Position numbers and translations under genes: made by a program. The notes beneath the pieces are model-generated. The model saw only the letters and a program-made list of their open reading frames with translations. It searched no databases and was not told the DNA's origin. Of a stretch of 64,000 nucleotides of DNA, positions 47,033-55,642 are shown in pieces; position 1 is the stretch's first letter, and every line of letters begins with the position of its first letter. The DNA is from Patescibacteria group bacterium (GTDB lineage: Bacteria > Patescibacteriota > Patescibacteriia > UBA9934). The stretch is taken from the NCBI GenBank assembly GCA_041659765.1, contig JBAZXR010000001.1, positions 108,537 through 172,536 of the forward strand, given 5' to 3'.

Positions 47033-47482
47033 CTATACATCGAACTCACTATGTCGTCGCACGTCGCGGTCAAGGTCTCGCTGTTTGATGCTATCCCGTT
47101 TTTCGAATTGCTTCTTACCTCGGGCTAGCGCGAACTTGACCTTAACAAGCGACCGCGCAGTATAGAGCGAAAGTGGGACAATAGTCAACCGTTCAATTTC
47201 CCGTTTTGCTTGAAGTTTAGCAATTTCTTTTTTGTTGACCAAGACCACTCTATCCCTGATGGGATTATAGGCTTCCAGATGTCCGGCCGGAGCGTATGCA
47301 CCTATGTGCATGCCTTTGAGAATCAACTGTCCTCGTTCGACTAATAGAAAAGCGCCTTTGAGGTTTACGTTTCCACCTTTGGCTGATTTTACTTCCGCGC
47401 CAGTCAGCACTAAGCCGCCCTCGAAAGTTTCCAGGATTTCAAAGTCGTGCAGGGCTTTGCGGTTTTGGGCTAAGTCAGCCAT
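47033..47482 (-). CDS. smpB: SsrA-binding protein SmpB
   Basis: 149 aa with the conserved SmpB core (GAEVKS, RVVLVNKKEIAKL). Confidence 0.9.
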   Translation of the reverse strand: MADLAQNRKALHDFEILETFEGGLVLTGAEVKSAKGGNVNLKGAFLLVERGQLILKGMHIGAYAPAGHLEAYNPIRDRVVLVNKKEIAKLQAKREIERLTIVPLSLYTARSLVKVKFALARGKKQFEKRDSIKQRDLDRDVRRHSEFDV

Positions 47483-47506
47483 ACGGGTGCTACAATACAG
47501 TCATCT

Positions 47507-48562
47507 ATGGCACAAAGCCAAATTAAGGATAGTCGGGAGCGAGTTCTGGTAGTTTCGTCGGGGACTGTCATTCGTGTTTGTTTAACTCTCTTAGCGATCG
47601 TGGTTATTTACTTGATAAGGGATATTGTTGCCTTATTTTGTGCCGCTTTATTTCTGGCAGCGCTGATTGACCCCTTTGCTGATTTTTTTGAGGATCATAA
47701 AGTACCAAGAGGTTTGGCCGTACTTTTGGTGTACATAGTTGGGATCGTGGCGCTTGCCTCGGCTATTGTCCTCCTTTTGCCTCCGGTCTTGAGCGAGCTA
47801 AAAACGGTGTCGACTATCTTTGCGCCGCTCCTACCACAGGTCTTTGGCCAAAACGCCGATCTCTCAGTTATCCTCCAGGGCTCGGTCACTGAGTCGGTTA
47901 CCAAGTTTATAAACACTTTGCGCGGGTCAGGCATTTCAGCAGCTGTCCCTCAGTTATTGGCGATTGGTTCCACTGCCTTCGGGGCGATCGCGGCCCTGCT
48001 CGTTGTGCTTATTCTCGCCTTTTATTTGGTCAGCGAAAAAGAAGCCTTAGTGAAAGCGCTGTCATCTGTTACTCCGGACGACTATCAATCATTCGTGTCT
48101 CAGGCTGCGATGAAAATTCGGGTCCGACTAGGCGCTTGGCTGCGGGGAGAACTGATGCTTATGACGAGCATTTTCTTGTTGACGTATATTGCGCTGTCCC
48201 TCATTGGCATTCCGTATGCGATCGTGTTAGCACTACTGGCTGGGCTGTTTGAAATCATTCCATTTGTGGGGCCGTTGCTCGCCGGTATCCCATCGGTAAT
48301 TCTAGCTTTCGCCATTTCGCCCATCCTCGGAGTCGTCACCATCCTTGCCTATATTCTTATCCAGGTGCTCGAGGGCAACGTCCTGGTGCCCAAAATTATG
48401 CAACGGGCAACCGGGCTCAATCCCATCATTACTCTCTTGGTTGTCTTGATCGGACTAAGATTGGGCGGTATTGTGGGGGCGATCCTGTCTATTCCACTAG
48501 CTAACGCTGCCGCTGTCTTTATTCAGGAAGTATATAGAGAAAGAAAATCCCATCTAGCCTAA
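47507..48562 (+). CDS. AI-2E family transporter (PerM/YhhT-like)
   Basis: 351 aa, 8 TM, with the characteristic C-terminal PxxG (IPFVGPLLAGIP) region. Confidence 0.7.
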   Translation: MAQSQIKDSRERVLVVSSGTVIRVCLTLLAIVVIYLIRDIVALFCAALFLAALIDPFADFFEDHKVPRGLAVLLVYIVGIVALASAIVLLLPPVLSELKTVSTIFAPLLPQVFGQNADLSVILQGSVTESVTKFINTLRGSGISAAVPQLLAIGSTAFGAIAALLVVLILAFYLVSEKEALVKALSSVTPDDYQSFVSQAAMKIRVRLGAWLRGELMLMTSIFLLTYIALSLIGIPYAIVLALLAGLFEIIPFVGPLLAGIPSVILAFAISPILGVVTILAYILIQVLEGNVLVPKIMQRATGLNPIITLLVVLIGLRLGGIVGAILSIPLANAAAVFIQEVYRERKSHLA

Positions 48563-48566
48563 CTAT

Positions 48567-48932
48567 ATGAATCATCGCTCGTGGTTTCCCTCTATTCTCA
48601 TGGGTCTGTCACTAATGTTGGCTTTAGTATTTTTAGTCGTGATGAAAGGCTCGCCTATCAGTTTTTCAGGCGGGTCTATTAGCGAGTCCATCCCTACAGT
48701 GACAGTCGGTGATTATCGTACCGCGGTTAATTCCATTCTTGATGCTTACGCTGTTAGCCACGATGCCGGTAAAACACACAGTGCTTTAATTTTACTGCGC
48801 GTGCCTAAGGAAGATCAGATTGTGCATTTTGATCTGGTGGTCGCCTTCGGTAAACTTGTCACCAAAGAAACTAAAGACGGGGAAGCGCGCTTGGCTGCGG
48901 TTAAAGCTGCAAATTCCTGGCTTCATCTGTGA
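48567..48932 (+). CDS. Hypothetical protein with N-terminal TM anchor
   Basis: 121 aa, immediately downstream of the transporter. Its stop overlaps the next start. Confidence 0.4.
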   Translation: MNHRSWFPSILMGLSLMLALVFLVVMKGSPISFSGGSISESIPTVTVGDYRTAVNSILDAYAVSHDAGKTHSALILLRVPKEDQIVHFDLVVAFGKLVTKETKDGEARLAAVKAANSWLHL

Positions 48933-49693
48933 TCCTTCTTCACCGCTTCACCCCCTTTGCCATAGCTCTCGCTTCTTGCGTGCTTTTTTTGGTCTTGTCC
49001 GTGGCGCCGTTCACCCTCTATCCGGTAGCGATCGTGGCTGGTTTGCTCGTGCCTATTTTGTTCGCACGTCTCTTGCTGTTTGAAGTTAAGCGTCCGGCAT
49101 TTTACGTTTTTCTTGGGACGCCTTTTCTTCTTTTATTGTCTTCACTCATGTTTTTTCTGCTACTCGAATCTTCGGAGGCAAAGTGGGTACTGGGAGGAAT
49201 CGTGACCATCGCTTTGTTCCTCTACGCTGAGAATCTGTTTGCGTTCTATCACTTGCCTAGTACTTATCAGGCCTATTCTCTCGAGTACCTGACACTCATG
49301 ATGTACATCGGGAGTGCGTTCTTCTTCACGAGTAGCGCCTATATGGGCCAGCTCTTCTTGGAACTGCCTCTCTGGGTGCCGGCTATTATGGTTTTTGCGA
49401 GCATCCTGTATGCTATGCTGGCGGTTTTTTGGGTCAGTAAAATTGGTTTTGAAACTGGTATTCCGTACGCAGTACTCGGAGCTATCTTGATGACCGAGCT
49501 CTATATCTCGCTCGCTTTCCTGCCGGTCAGTTTCATCGCTAACGCCGCCGCCTTTTCGGTCTGTTTGTCTACGTATTTTGGTCTAACACGGGCGCACGTG
49601 CTCGAAAAACTGTCGCCTACGGTTACTAAAAGGTATTTAGCTTTTGGTCTTTTGCTCTTGGTCGTAATTTTTGGTACAGCTACCTGGATATAA
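48929..49693 (+). CDS. Hypothetical polytopic membrane protein
   Basis: 254 aa, ~7 TM. Confidence 0.45.
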   Translation: MILLHRFTPFAIALASCVLFLVLSVAPFTLYPVAIVAGLLVPILFARLLLFEVKRPAFYVFLGTPFLLLLSSLMFFLLLESSEAKWVLGGIVTIALFLYAENLFAFYHLPSTYQAYSLEYLTLMMYIGSAFFFTSSAYMGQLFLELPLWVPAIMVFASILYAMLAVFWVSKIGFETGIPYAVLGAILMTELYISLAFLPVSFIANAAAFSVCLSTYFGLTRAHVLEKLSPTVTKRYLAFGLLLLVVIFGTATWI

Positions 49694-49696
49694 CCT

Positions 49697-50758
49697 ATGA
49701 AAACAGATCAACGAATATTTGGCGCGGTCATTGTCCTGTCCATTATTTTAGGCGGGGGAGCGGGCATTATTAGCTCGACTATGACGTCTAGAGCTATCGA
49801 GTCTTATGCGGCTCAACTGCTAAATGATCAAAAGTTGATTTCACTTATTCCTCGGAAGTCACCGGCCATTCCGGGAACTTTTGAAGAAGCAATGAAGAAA
49901 AATAGAGAAGCGAGTCTTCGTTCGCTGGCTGTTTTGCTTCCGGCGAGTACGCCAAGCACCGCTGCTTCCGGTTGGATTTTTCCGGAAGGTGCTTTGAAAC
50001 TGGGCGTGCCAGTGACGAGTGACGGTTGGATTTTGACCTCCAGCGCTACTTTTAGTTCTAAGCTTTTGCCAAAAGATTGGGATGTTTATGTAGAGGGTAA
50101 GAGATTTGTGATTGATCGAGTCGTCCGGGATCCGCATTCAACCTTGGTTCTATTAAAACTGCAGAATGCGAGTGGACTTTTAACCGTTAGCTTTGGTAAA
50201 CCTGAAGATGTAGAAAGCGGCAGTACGGTTATTGGTTGGGGCGGGGAAGAAGATGTTCGAGCCACCCTGCTCGAAGCTGCCGATGCTGACACCAGACAGG
50301 GTCCGCAGAGCGCTGAGGTTTTTGCTACTACTTGGCGAGTTGGTTCGAGCTTACCGGCCGGCGTGCCAGTTTTTTCTTCTGACGCTGAACTCTTAGGCTT
50401 TGTGACTAGCGGAACGGATATCTTCCCGCTCCATCACTCCGGTGAGTTTGTGCAGGATGTACTTAAGAGCGGTTCGCCTAAGCTGGCTAAACTTGGGGTG
50501 ACGGTACTTGATCTCTCGCGCTCCTATAATGTGAGCGCTGAGGTGACTCAGGGCAGAGGGGAGGGCGCGTTGGTTCTGAATGCGGTTGGTCTGCTCCAGG
50601 CGTTGGACATCATTCTGGATGTAGACGGCCGGGCGGTCACCCATGCGGATACGCTGGCTGAGATATTGGCCGATTATGAACCGGGCGAAATAGCTAACAT
50701 TCATGTACTTAGAGCGGGCCAAAATGTGCAATTGGCCGTTACTTTGGGAGAATTATAG
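49697..50758 (+). CDS. HtrA/trypsin-like fold protein with C-terminal PDZ domain; canonical GNSGGP catalytic motif not seen (possibly inactive)
   Basis: N-terminal TM, a beta-rich middle region and a PDZ-like C-terminus (GVTVLDLS...GALVLNAV...LRAGQNVQLAVTLGEL). Confidence 0.5.
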   Translation: MKTDQRIFGAVIVLSIILGGGAGIISSTMTSRAIESYAAQLLNDQKLISLIPRKSPAIPGTFEEAMKKNREASLRSLAVLLPASTPSTAASGWIFPEGALKLGVPVTSDGWILTSSATFSSKLLPKDWDVYVEGKRFVIDRVVRDPHSTLVLLKLQNASGLLTVSFGKPEDVESGSTVIGWGGEEDVRATLLEAADADTRQGPQSAEVFATTWRVGSSLPAGVPVFSSDAELLGFVTSGTDIFPLHHSGEFVQDVLKSGSPKLAKLGVTVLDLSRSYNVSAEVTQGRGEGALVLNAVGLLQALDIILDVDGRAVTHADTLAEILADYEPGEIANIHVLRAGQNVQLAVTLGEL

Positions 50759-50994
50759 TCCCCAGCCTCTCTTGCGGGTTTTTTGCATCCCTGTTAATTT
50801 TCTGCGGACATGCCCCTTTTGAGGGCCCGATGGAACGGTCGTGACGCCTCCTCCTCGTCGCGATTTGTGACCGTTGGGCCTTCAAAGGGGGTATTGTAAT
50901 TTTGGCTAACAATAGCCTATAAAATCGTTTTCGGGATCCGGTTTCCGGTTTCATGGATCCGGAGTCCCGGACATCGGACACCGGACGCAAATAC

Positions 50995-51023
50995 TTGACA
51001 AAAGCCTGTTTTTTTGCTATTAT
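50995..51023 (+). promoter_or_regulatory. Promoter P3 (TTGACA - AAAGCCTGTTTTTTTGC - TATTAT)
   Basis: Copy of the shared promoter. It is preceded by CGGACA-type direct repeats (50967..50988). Confidence 0.65.
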
Positions 51024-51220
51024 AGGTTGTTCTTTCAAACGAAAGAATTGGCTAACAAAACCTCCAGAATCGTCGCTCCGACGGCTTGGTATCCTTTGGC
51101 GTTCCTCCTCCAAACGCTAAGGTTGATGCCAGGTCATTGGAGCGCCGATTGCAGGCGCCGGTAAACTGACGTGTTGTCAGAACCGTCTTGCAGCGGACTC
51201 AAAAATCCCTTGGAGGGTAC

Positions 51221-52381
51221 ATGTTGACCATGATCCTGTGCGTCTTGACGAATTTTGCTCTGGCGACCGGCCCTGCGCCGACGCCTCCGGCCGCCACCGA
51301 GCCGGCCCCTGCGGTTTTGGTCGAGCCCCCGGATGAAAAGCCGGAGTGCAAGATCCAGGACGCCTGCACGGAGGCCGAACTGGCCGCGATGAAGCTGTGG
51401 ATGGCGGACATGGATGCCTGGCGCGCCCGTATGGGCAAGCCGAGCGCCACGACCGTCGAATTCCGCAAGAAGGTGGCGTGGTTGTGCGCTCAGCACAACG
51501 ACTGCCTCGACCCTGTCGCGGCAGCCCCGGCAGTCACGCGGCCGCCGGTGGTCACGCCCGTGGAGCCGCCCAAGAAGACCCCCCTCGAACAGCTCAAGGG
51601 GATCGTGACCGGTACGCCGAAGCCCGACGAGGGCGGAACGCGGCCGAGCCCGGACATGCCGACGACCATCGATCCGACGCCGACGATGCCGAGCGCAACT
51701 GCGACGGGTGGCCAGGCCACCGCCACGAACATCGTGGAAACGGTGGAACCAGCCACGACGGTCGAGCCCGGTCCGTCGAGCGCCTCCATCACCCGCACGG
51801 TGACGGAAGCGGACGGCCCCCGGCTCGGTCCCATCGCTGGGATCGAGTTCGTGCGCCAGGCTGAGATCCGCGGCGTGACCGCTCCGAGCATGCTCACTGA
51901 GCTGATCGGTGCGTCCCTCCGTCTGGGTGACAGCCATGGTCCGTTCGTGTCCGGTCGAGGCGCAGGCTTCGTCGGTTCGGAAGGGGCGCAGGGCGCGCTC
52001 GGTGGTCTGACCATCGGTGCCGGCCTGGACGGCCTGCTGGAATTCGGGGTTCTCTCCGAGTTCTACGTGTACGAGGTGCGCGGTGCTGGCGAACGGAGCA
52101 ATCCGTACGTCCAGGCCAAGTACTCCGGCCTCCGTAACGGCTTGAGCCTCTCGCTCTCGCCGGGTTCGGAAGACCGCGTCCTCCTCACCGCCAGTGGCTC
52201 CGTCGACCTGTTCCATGGTCGGGTGGAGACCAAGGACGGCCGGTGGGCGGACCTGTCGCCCACGCTCGGCCTCAGCCTCACCTGGTTCCCGAAGATCAGC
52301 GATCGGACGGAAACGGTGACGGTCACCGGTATGGCTTCGGACTCGAAGCCGCCCCGTGGTCAGGAAGTCCCGCTGCACTAG
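51221..52381 (+). CDS. Secreted Pro/Thr-rich protein with C-terminal beta-rich domain (high-GC island gene 1)
   Basis: Signal peptide (MLTMILCVLTNFALA), PAPTPP linkers, a Cys pair and a Gly/Ser-rich alternating C-terminus. SD GGAGGG precedes it. The coding sequence is much more G+C rich than its neighbours. Confidence 0.6.
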   Translation: MLTMILCVLTNFALATGPAPTPPAATEPAPAVLVEPPDEKPECKIQDACTEAELAAMKLWMADMDAWRARMGKPSATTVEFRKKVAWLCAQHNDCLDPVAAAPAVTRPPVVTPVEPPKKTPLEQLKGIVTGTPKPDEGGTRPSPDMPTTIDPTPTMPSATATGGQATATNIVETVEPATTVEPGPSSASITRTVTEADGPRLGPIAGIEFVRQAEIRGVTAPSMLTELIGASLRLGDSHGPFVSGRGAGFVGSEGAQGALGGLTIGAGLDGLLEFGVLSEFYVYEVRGAGERSNPYVQAKYSGLRNGLSLSLSPGSEDRVLLTASGSVDLFHGRVETKDGRWADLSPTLGLSLTWFPKISDRTETVTVTGMASDSKPPRGQEVPLH

Positions 52382-52401
52382 CGGGCAATCGAATGGGCGG
52401 C

Positions 52402-52438
52402 GGCTCTGGTGAAGGATCGAATCCTTGTCACCAGAGCC
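52402..52438 (+). terminator. Long GC-rich hairpin (ggctctggtga...tcaccagagcc) after island gene 1
   Basis: ~16-bp stem. No T-run follows, which is typical of high-GC donor-type terminators. Confidence 0.4.
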
Positions 52439-52459
52439 GTCGCACCTCTCTTTCAATGA

Positions 52460-52488
52460 TTGACAAAAGTCTAAAAATCTGCTATAGT
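52460..52488 (+). promoter_or_regulatory. Promoter P4 (TTGACA - AAAGTCTAAAAATCTGC - TATAGT)
   Basis: Shared promoter consensus inside the high-GC island, followed by a ~180-nt structured 5' UTR. Confidence 0.65.
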
Positions 52489-52671
52489 AGTTCGTTACAG
52501 AATTAGTGAAATCCCGTGATGTTAGCGCATGAAGTTCATGCCCTGACATCGCCGGATTTCTCTCACGGCGATAAGCGAGTAATCGCGAATTGCTTGTGAG
52601 AGAGTGTTCCGGAGTGTTCCTTTCCTGCTAGACAAACAACCCGGGCCATCGTGCCCTATACGAGGTGACTA

Positions 52672-54225
52672 ATGTCACGCTTTGCAACGATTGCTGTTCT
52701 GTTCTTGGGTGCGTGCGGTGGGCAGTTCGCCCCCGACGAAATCGAGACCGGCGGCAACGACACCGGTTCCAACGCTGACGCCGACACCGACGCCGACTCG
52801 GACTCCGATACGGACTCCGATACGGACGCCGACGCCGACGTCGACACGGGCACCAACGAGGTCCCGTTCTACGACATCGACGGCGACGGGCGCGAGGACA
52901 AGCCGGCCACGGACGGCCTCATCCCGGTTGGGATGAACGTCTCGATCGCCGAGTTCAACACGCCGCCCGCGTTCCTGGACGAGTTGTACTTCGTTCCGTA
53001 CGGCGAGAACTGCAGCACCAGCTACAAGCTGTGGCGCGTCACGACCGTCGACGGCGCGGGCTACTTCGCCTGGACGCTCCGGAGCAATACCGGAACGATC
53101 GCAGGGAACGTCCGCAAGGTCACCTGGAACGAAGACGGCAGCTGCTACCTGGACGACGGATCGCTCGACTTCTGGGGCAACCTGGAAGCGGACAACATGG
53201 TCGGTGATCCGGCCATCGTTCCGAGCCTCGTGGACACCTACGAGGACGAGCAGACCCACGAGGTCAAGCACCGCATGATGGTGTGCCTCGAAGTCCGCGG
53301 CATGAGCACGATCCCGGGCAACCCGCTCGCCTGCCAGCAGATGCAGCAGGACGCTGGGCCGGTCGTGGATCCGGTCGAGACCATCTGGTACCGCGACTTC
53401 GACAACGACGGGTACGGCGATGCGGGAACCACCAAGTGGTCCGTGGCGCAGCCGGCAGAATACATCGGAGTCCCCGGCGATTGCTGGGATGACAACGACG
53501 AGGTTCACCCCGGTGCGACCGAAGTGGTCGATGGCCTCGACAACGACTGCGACGTGGTCAAGGACTGCGCCGACGCGAACGTGTCGAAGGTCTCGGAGAT
53601 CACGGGCGACGGCTACGACAACGACTGCAACACGTCGACGTCGGACACCGTTCCCTCGGCTACCCCGACCGACTGGTACCTGGACTCGGACGGCGACGGC
53701 TTCGGCAGCGCAGTCTCGAAGCTCTCGGCCGTGGCGCAGCCTGCGGGCTACGTCAGCAACGGCACCGACTGCGACGATGCGAAGAGGGACCGCTTCCCCG
53801 GCGCGACCGAGATCGCGGGCGACGGCATCGACCAGGACTGCAACGGCAGCGACCTGGCGACGGTACCTTCGGGTGACGGCCGCACGCTCGGCACGTGGAC
53901 CTTCACGTTGGATTCCAACGTGTCGGCGAGCGTGACCCAGTTCGAGATCCGGAACACGACCGCGAGCACCGTGGTCAGCCAGCTCAGCCGGAGCGGCAAC
54001 GTCTTCACCGTGCAGATCATGGGGAAGACGGGGGACGATCTGTCCGCGCAGTGCTGGTACACGAAGCCGGACGGGGTCACCGAGTGGTGCGCAAGCAACA
54101 ACCACTCGGGCAAGATCCTCTCGGCCACCGGTCCCGGCGGCGCGTACACGGTCGGTCAGCTCACGGGCGACTTCAAGTACGCCTCCGTGGACTCCGGTAA
54201 GCGGTACAACGGCAAGGTCAAGTAA
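52672..54225 (+). CDS. Lipoprotein with poly-Asp/Thr/Ser acidic linker and MopE-like putative metal-binding repeats (high-GC island gene 2)
   Basis: Lipobox LFLGAC, a (DxDx)n acidic tract, and repeats DNDGYGDAG...PGDCWDDNDEVHPGATEVVDGLDNDCD and DSDGDGFG...GTDCDDAKRDRFPGATEIAGDGIDQDCNG. Confidence 0.65.
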   Translation: MSRFATIAVLFLGACGGQFAPDEIETGGNDTGSNADADTDADSDSDTDSDTDADADVDTGTNEVPFYDIDGDGREDKPATDGLIPVGMNVSIAEFNTPPAFLDELYFVPYGENCSTSYKLWRVTTVDGAGYFAWTLRSNTGTIAGNVRKVTWNEDGSCYLDDGSLDFWGNLEADNMVGDPAIVPSLVDTYEDEQTHEVKHRMMVCLEVRGMSTIPGNPLACQQMQQDAGPVVDPVETIWYRDFDNDGYGDAGTTKWSVAQPAEYIGVPGDCWDDNDEVHPGATEVVDGLDNDCDVVKDCADANVSKVSEITGDGYDNDCNTSTSDTVPSATPTDWYLDSDGDGFGSAVSKLSAVAQPAGYVSNGTDCDDAKRDRFPGATEIAGDGIDQDCNGSDLATVPSGDGRTLGTWTFTLDSNVSASVTQFEIRNTTASTVVSQLSRSGNVFTVQIMGKTGDDLSAQCWYTKPDGVTEWCASNNHSGKILSATGPGGAYTVGQLTGDFKYASVDSGKRYNGKVK

Positions 54226-54250
54226 GCTAGGCATTCGGCCTGGCACGTAA

Positions 54251-54300
54251 AAGGGCGGCTATCGCGAGACATCATCGCGAAGCCGCCCTTCTTCTATTTT
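54251..54300 (+). terminator. Terminator after island gene 2 (aagggcggc ... gccgccctt + T-rich)
   Basis: 9-bp stem enclosing an inner hairpin, followed by a T-rich stretch. Confidence 0.5.
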
Positions 54301-54314
54301 AGGGGTTGTCAGGC

Positions 54315-54343
54315 TTGACGAAAGCCATTTTTTAGACTACAGT
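54315..54343 (+). promoter_or_regulatory. Promoter P5 (TTGACG - AAAGCCATTTTTTAGAC - TACAGT)
   Basis: A diverged copy of the shared promoter. Confidence 0.55.
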
Positions 54344-54384
54344 TCTCGGTCCGTTCGGATAGCATCCGTCGGCAAGGAGGACTC

Positions 54385-54921
54385 ATGAATCGCATTCTGT
54401 TCTTGGCCGTTCTGGCCTTCACCGCGCTCACTGGTTGCCAGATGCATCCGGATGCGCCCAATGGGAACCAGTCCGGCGGCGGCAACAACGATCAAGGCGA
54501 CGACATCATCCAGCAGGAGCCTGCGCTCGTCGAGATCATCGCCACGCAGGAGGACATCGACGGCACGAACGTCAGCCTCTACGCGAAGGGCGAGGGCAAC
54601 GACAACGTCAACTGGATCGCGAACCCGAACGCCGTCCCGATCGACACGGACTCGGACGGCCGCGGCGAGATCGGCAACTGGACCCAGTTCGAGGTGGCCT
54701 GCGGGGAGGAAATCACCCTCCAGTGCAACTTCCGCGACCGACAGGGTCGCGAGCGTTGGTGCTTCGAGAACGACCCGGACGACGGCGGGACCAACCAGTT
54801 CCTCGCGGACGACGTTTGGGTGGACGGCGTGGTGTCCAGGCTCCGGCCCGTCTTCAACGAGTGGACCGGCGCCAACGACTCCCACGGCTACAACGCCGTC
54901 ATCACCCGGAACTGCCGGTAG
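54385..54921 (+). CDS. Small Cys-containing lipoprotein (high-GC island gene 3)
   Basis: Lipobox LTGC, a Gly/Asn-rich linker and SD AAGGAGG. Confidence 0.6.
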   Translation: MNRILFLAVLAFTALTGCQMHPDAPNGNQSGGGNNDQGDDIIQQEPALVEIIATQEDIDGTNVSLYAKGEGNDNVNWIANPNAVPIDTDSDGRGEIGNWTQFEVACGEEITLQCNFRDRQGRERWCFENDPDDGGTNQFLADDVWVDGVVSRLRPVFNEWTGANDSHGYNAVITRNCR

Positions 54922-55090
54922 ATCGTCACGTTCGGCTCGTCCCCTGGGGCGCTGTGCAGCAATGCATGGCGCTCTTTTTTATTGGGCGTGGCGAGCCACG
55001 CCCTTACAGCGAACTTGCTATGTACAGCTCGGCTTGCCCGTTTAGCTCGTTCTGCTACCCTCAACAGAGATATCTTAGAGGAGGCTTTTT

Positions 55091-55621
55091 ATGACTACAC
55101 GCTTGATTGCAGGGATTATTACTAGCGCGGTGCTTTTGACGGCGGGTTGGGGATGTGCAAAGACCACCCCCTCTATCCCCCTGGAAGGGGGAAGCGGCGA
55201 ACCCGAGGTGAAGGGCGTAGTCGACGAGTTGCCCGACGGAAAGGGGCCGGCGCCTTTTGAACTGTGCATCAGTACTGATGGCCCGGTTACCGGCGCGGTT
55301 TGGTTGTACGCCGCAAACAATACGGCGCCTCGTCTTAACTGGACGCAGTGGTTTTCTGCAGACCCAGTTGCGGCTGGGGATGCCGGCCAAGAAATTTGCG
55401 GAGCCCTTAATTTCTCCATTGAATCTGGCGATACCCTTTATTTGAACGGCACCTGGTCCAAAGGCAAGAACTTCCTAGTTAACAATCGCGGCGAGCAGGG
55501 CACACCAAGCGATCAGATCAAAGAAATTTGGCTTGATGATCAATTCTACGAGATTGGTAGGGATTGCGCTTACGAGAATAATAATATGGGAGGATATAAC
55601 CTAGCCTGCACGGTTCGGTAA
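55091..55621 (+). CDS. Small Cys-containing lipoprotein, distant paralogue of 54385..54921 but with host-like GC
   Basis: Lipobox TAGWGC, shared NWTQ(W)F and C-terminal Cys patterns, and SD GAGGAGG. Confidence 0.55.
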   Translation: MTTRLIAGIITSAVLLTAGWGCAKTTPSIPLEGGSGEPEVKGVVDELPDGKGPAPFELCISTDGPVTGAVWLYAANNTAPRLNWTQWFSADPVAAGDAGQEICGALNFSIESGDTLYLNGTWSKGKNFLVNNRGEQGTPSDQIKEIWLDDQFYEIGRDCAYENNNMGGYNLACTVR

Positions 55622-55642
55622 GGAGTTCGGTATACTGTCAGC

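Noticed and set aside
46869-47165. 98-aa ORF on the + strand
   Set aside because: It lies antisense within tmRNA and the smpB 3' end.
50902-51058. 11-nt direct repeat TTGGCTAACAA flanking promoter P3 as possible insertion borders
   Set aside because: A single 11-mer match within ~150 bp is within chance expectation for a window this size. No other copies were found at other promoter cassettes.
52402-54300. Integron attC-like sites after island cassettes
   Set aside because: The hairpins after the island genes lack the conserved R''/R' core (GTTRRRY) features. No intI-like gene or attI is present, so simple terminators are more likely.
51134-54885. Long minus-strand and alternative-frame ORFs in the high-GC island (51134..52549, 51490..52014, 52675..54246, 54337..54885, and the Arg-rich + frames 51346..51864, 53420..53935, 54435..55094)
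   Set aside because: High G+C suppresses stop codons in all frames. These ORFs lack SDs and give Arg/Pro/Gly-rich low-complexity translations. They overlap + strand genes that have signal peptides, lipoboxes, SDs and promoters.
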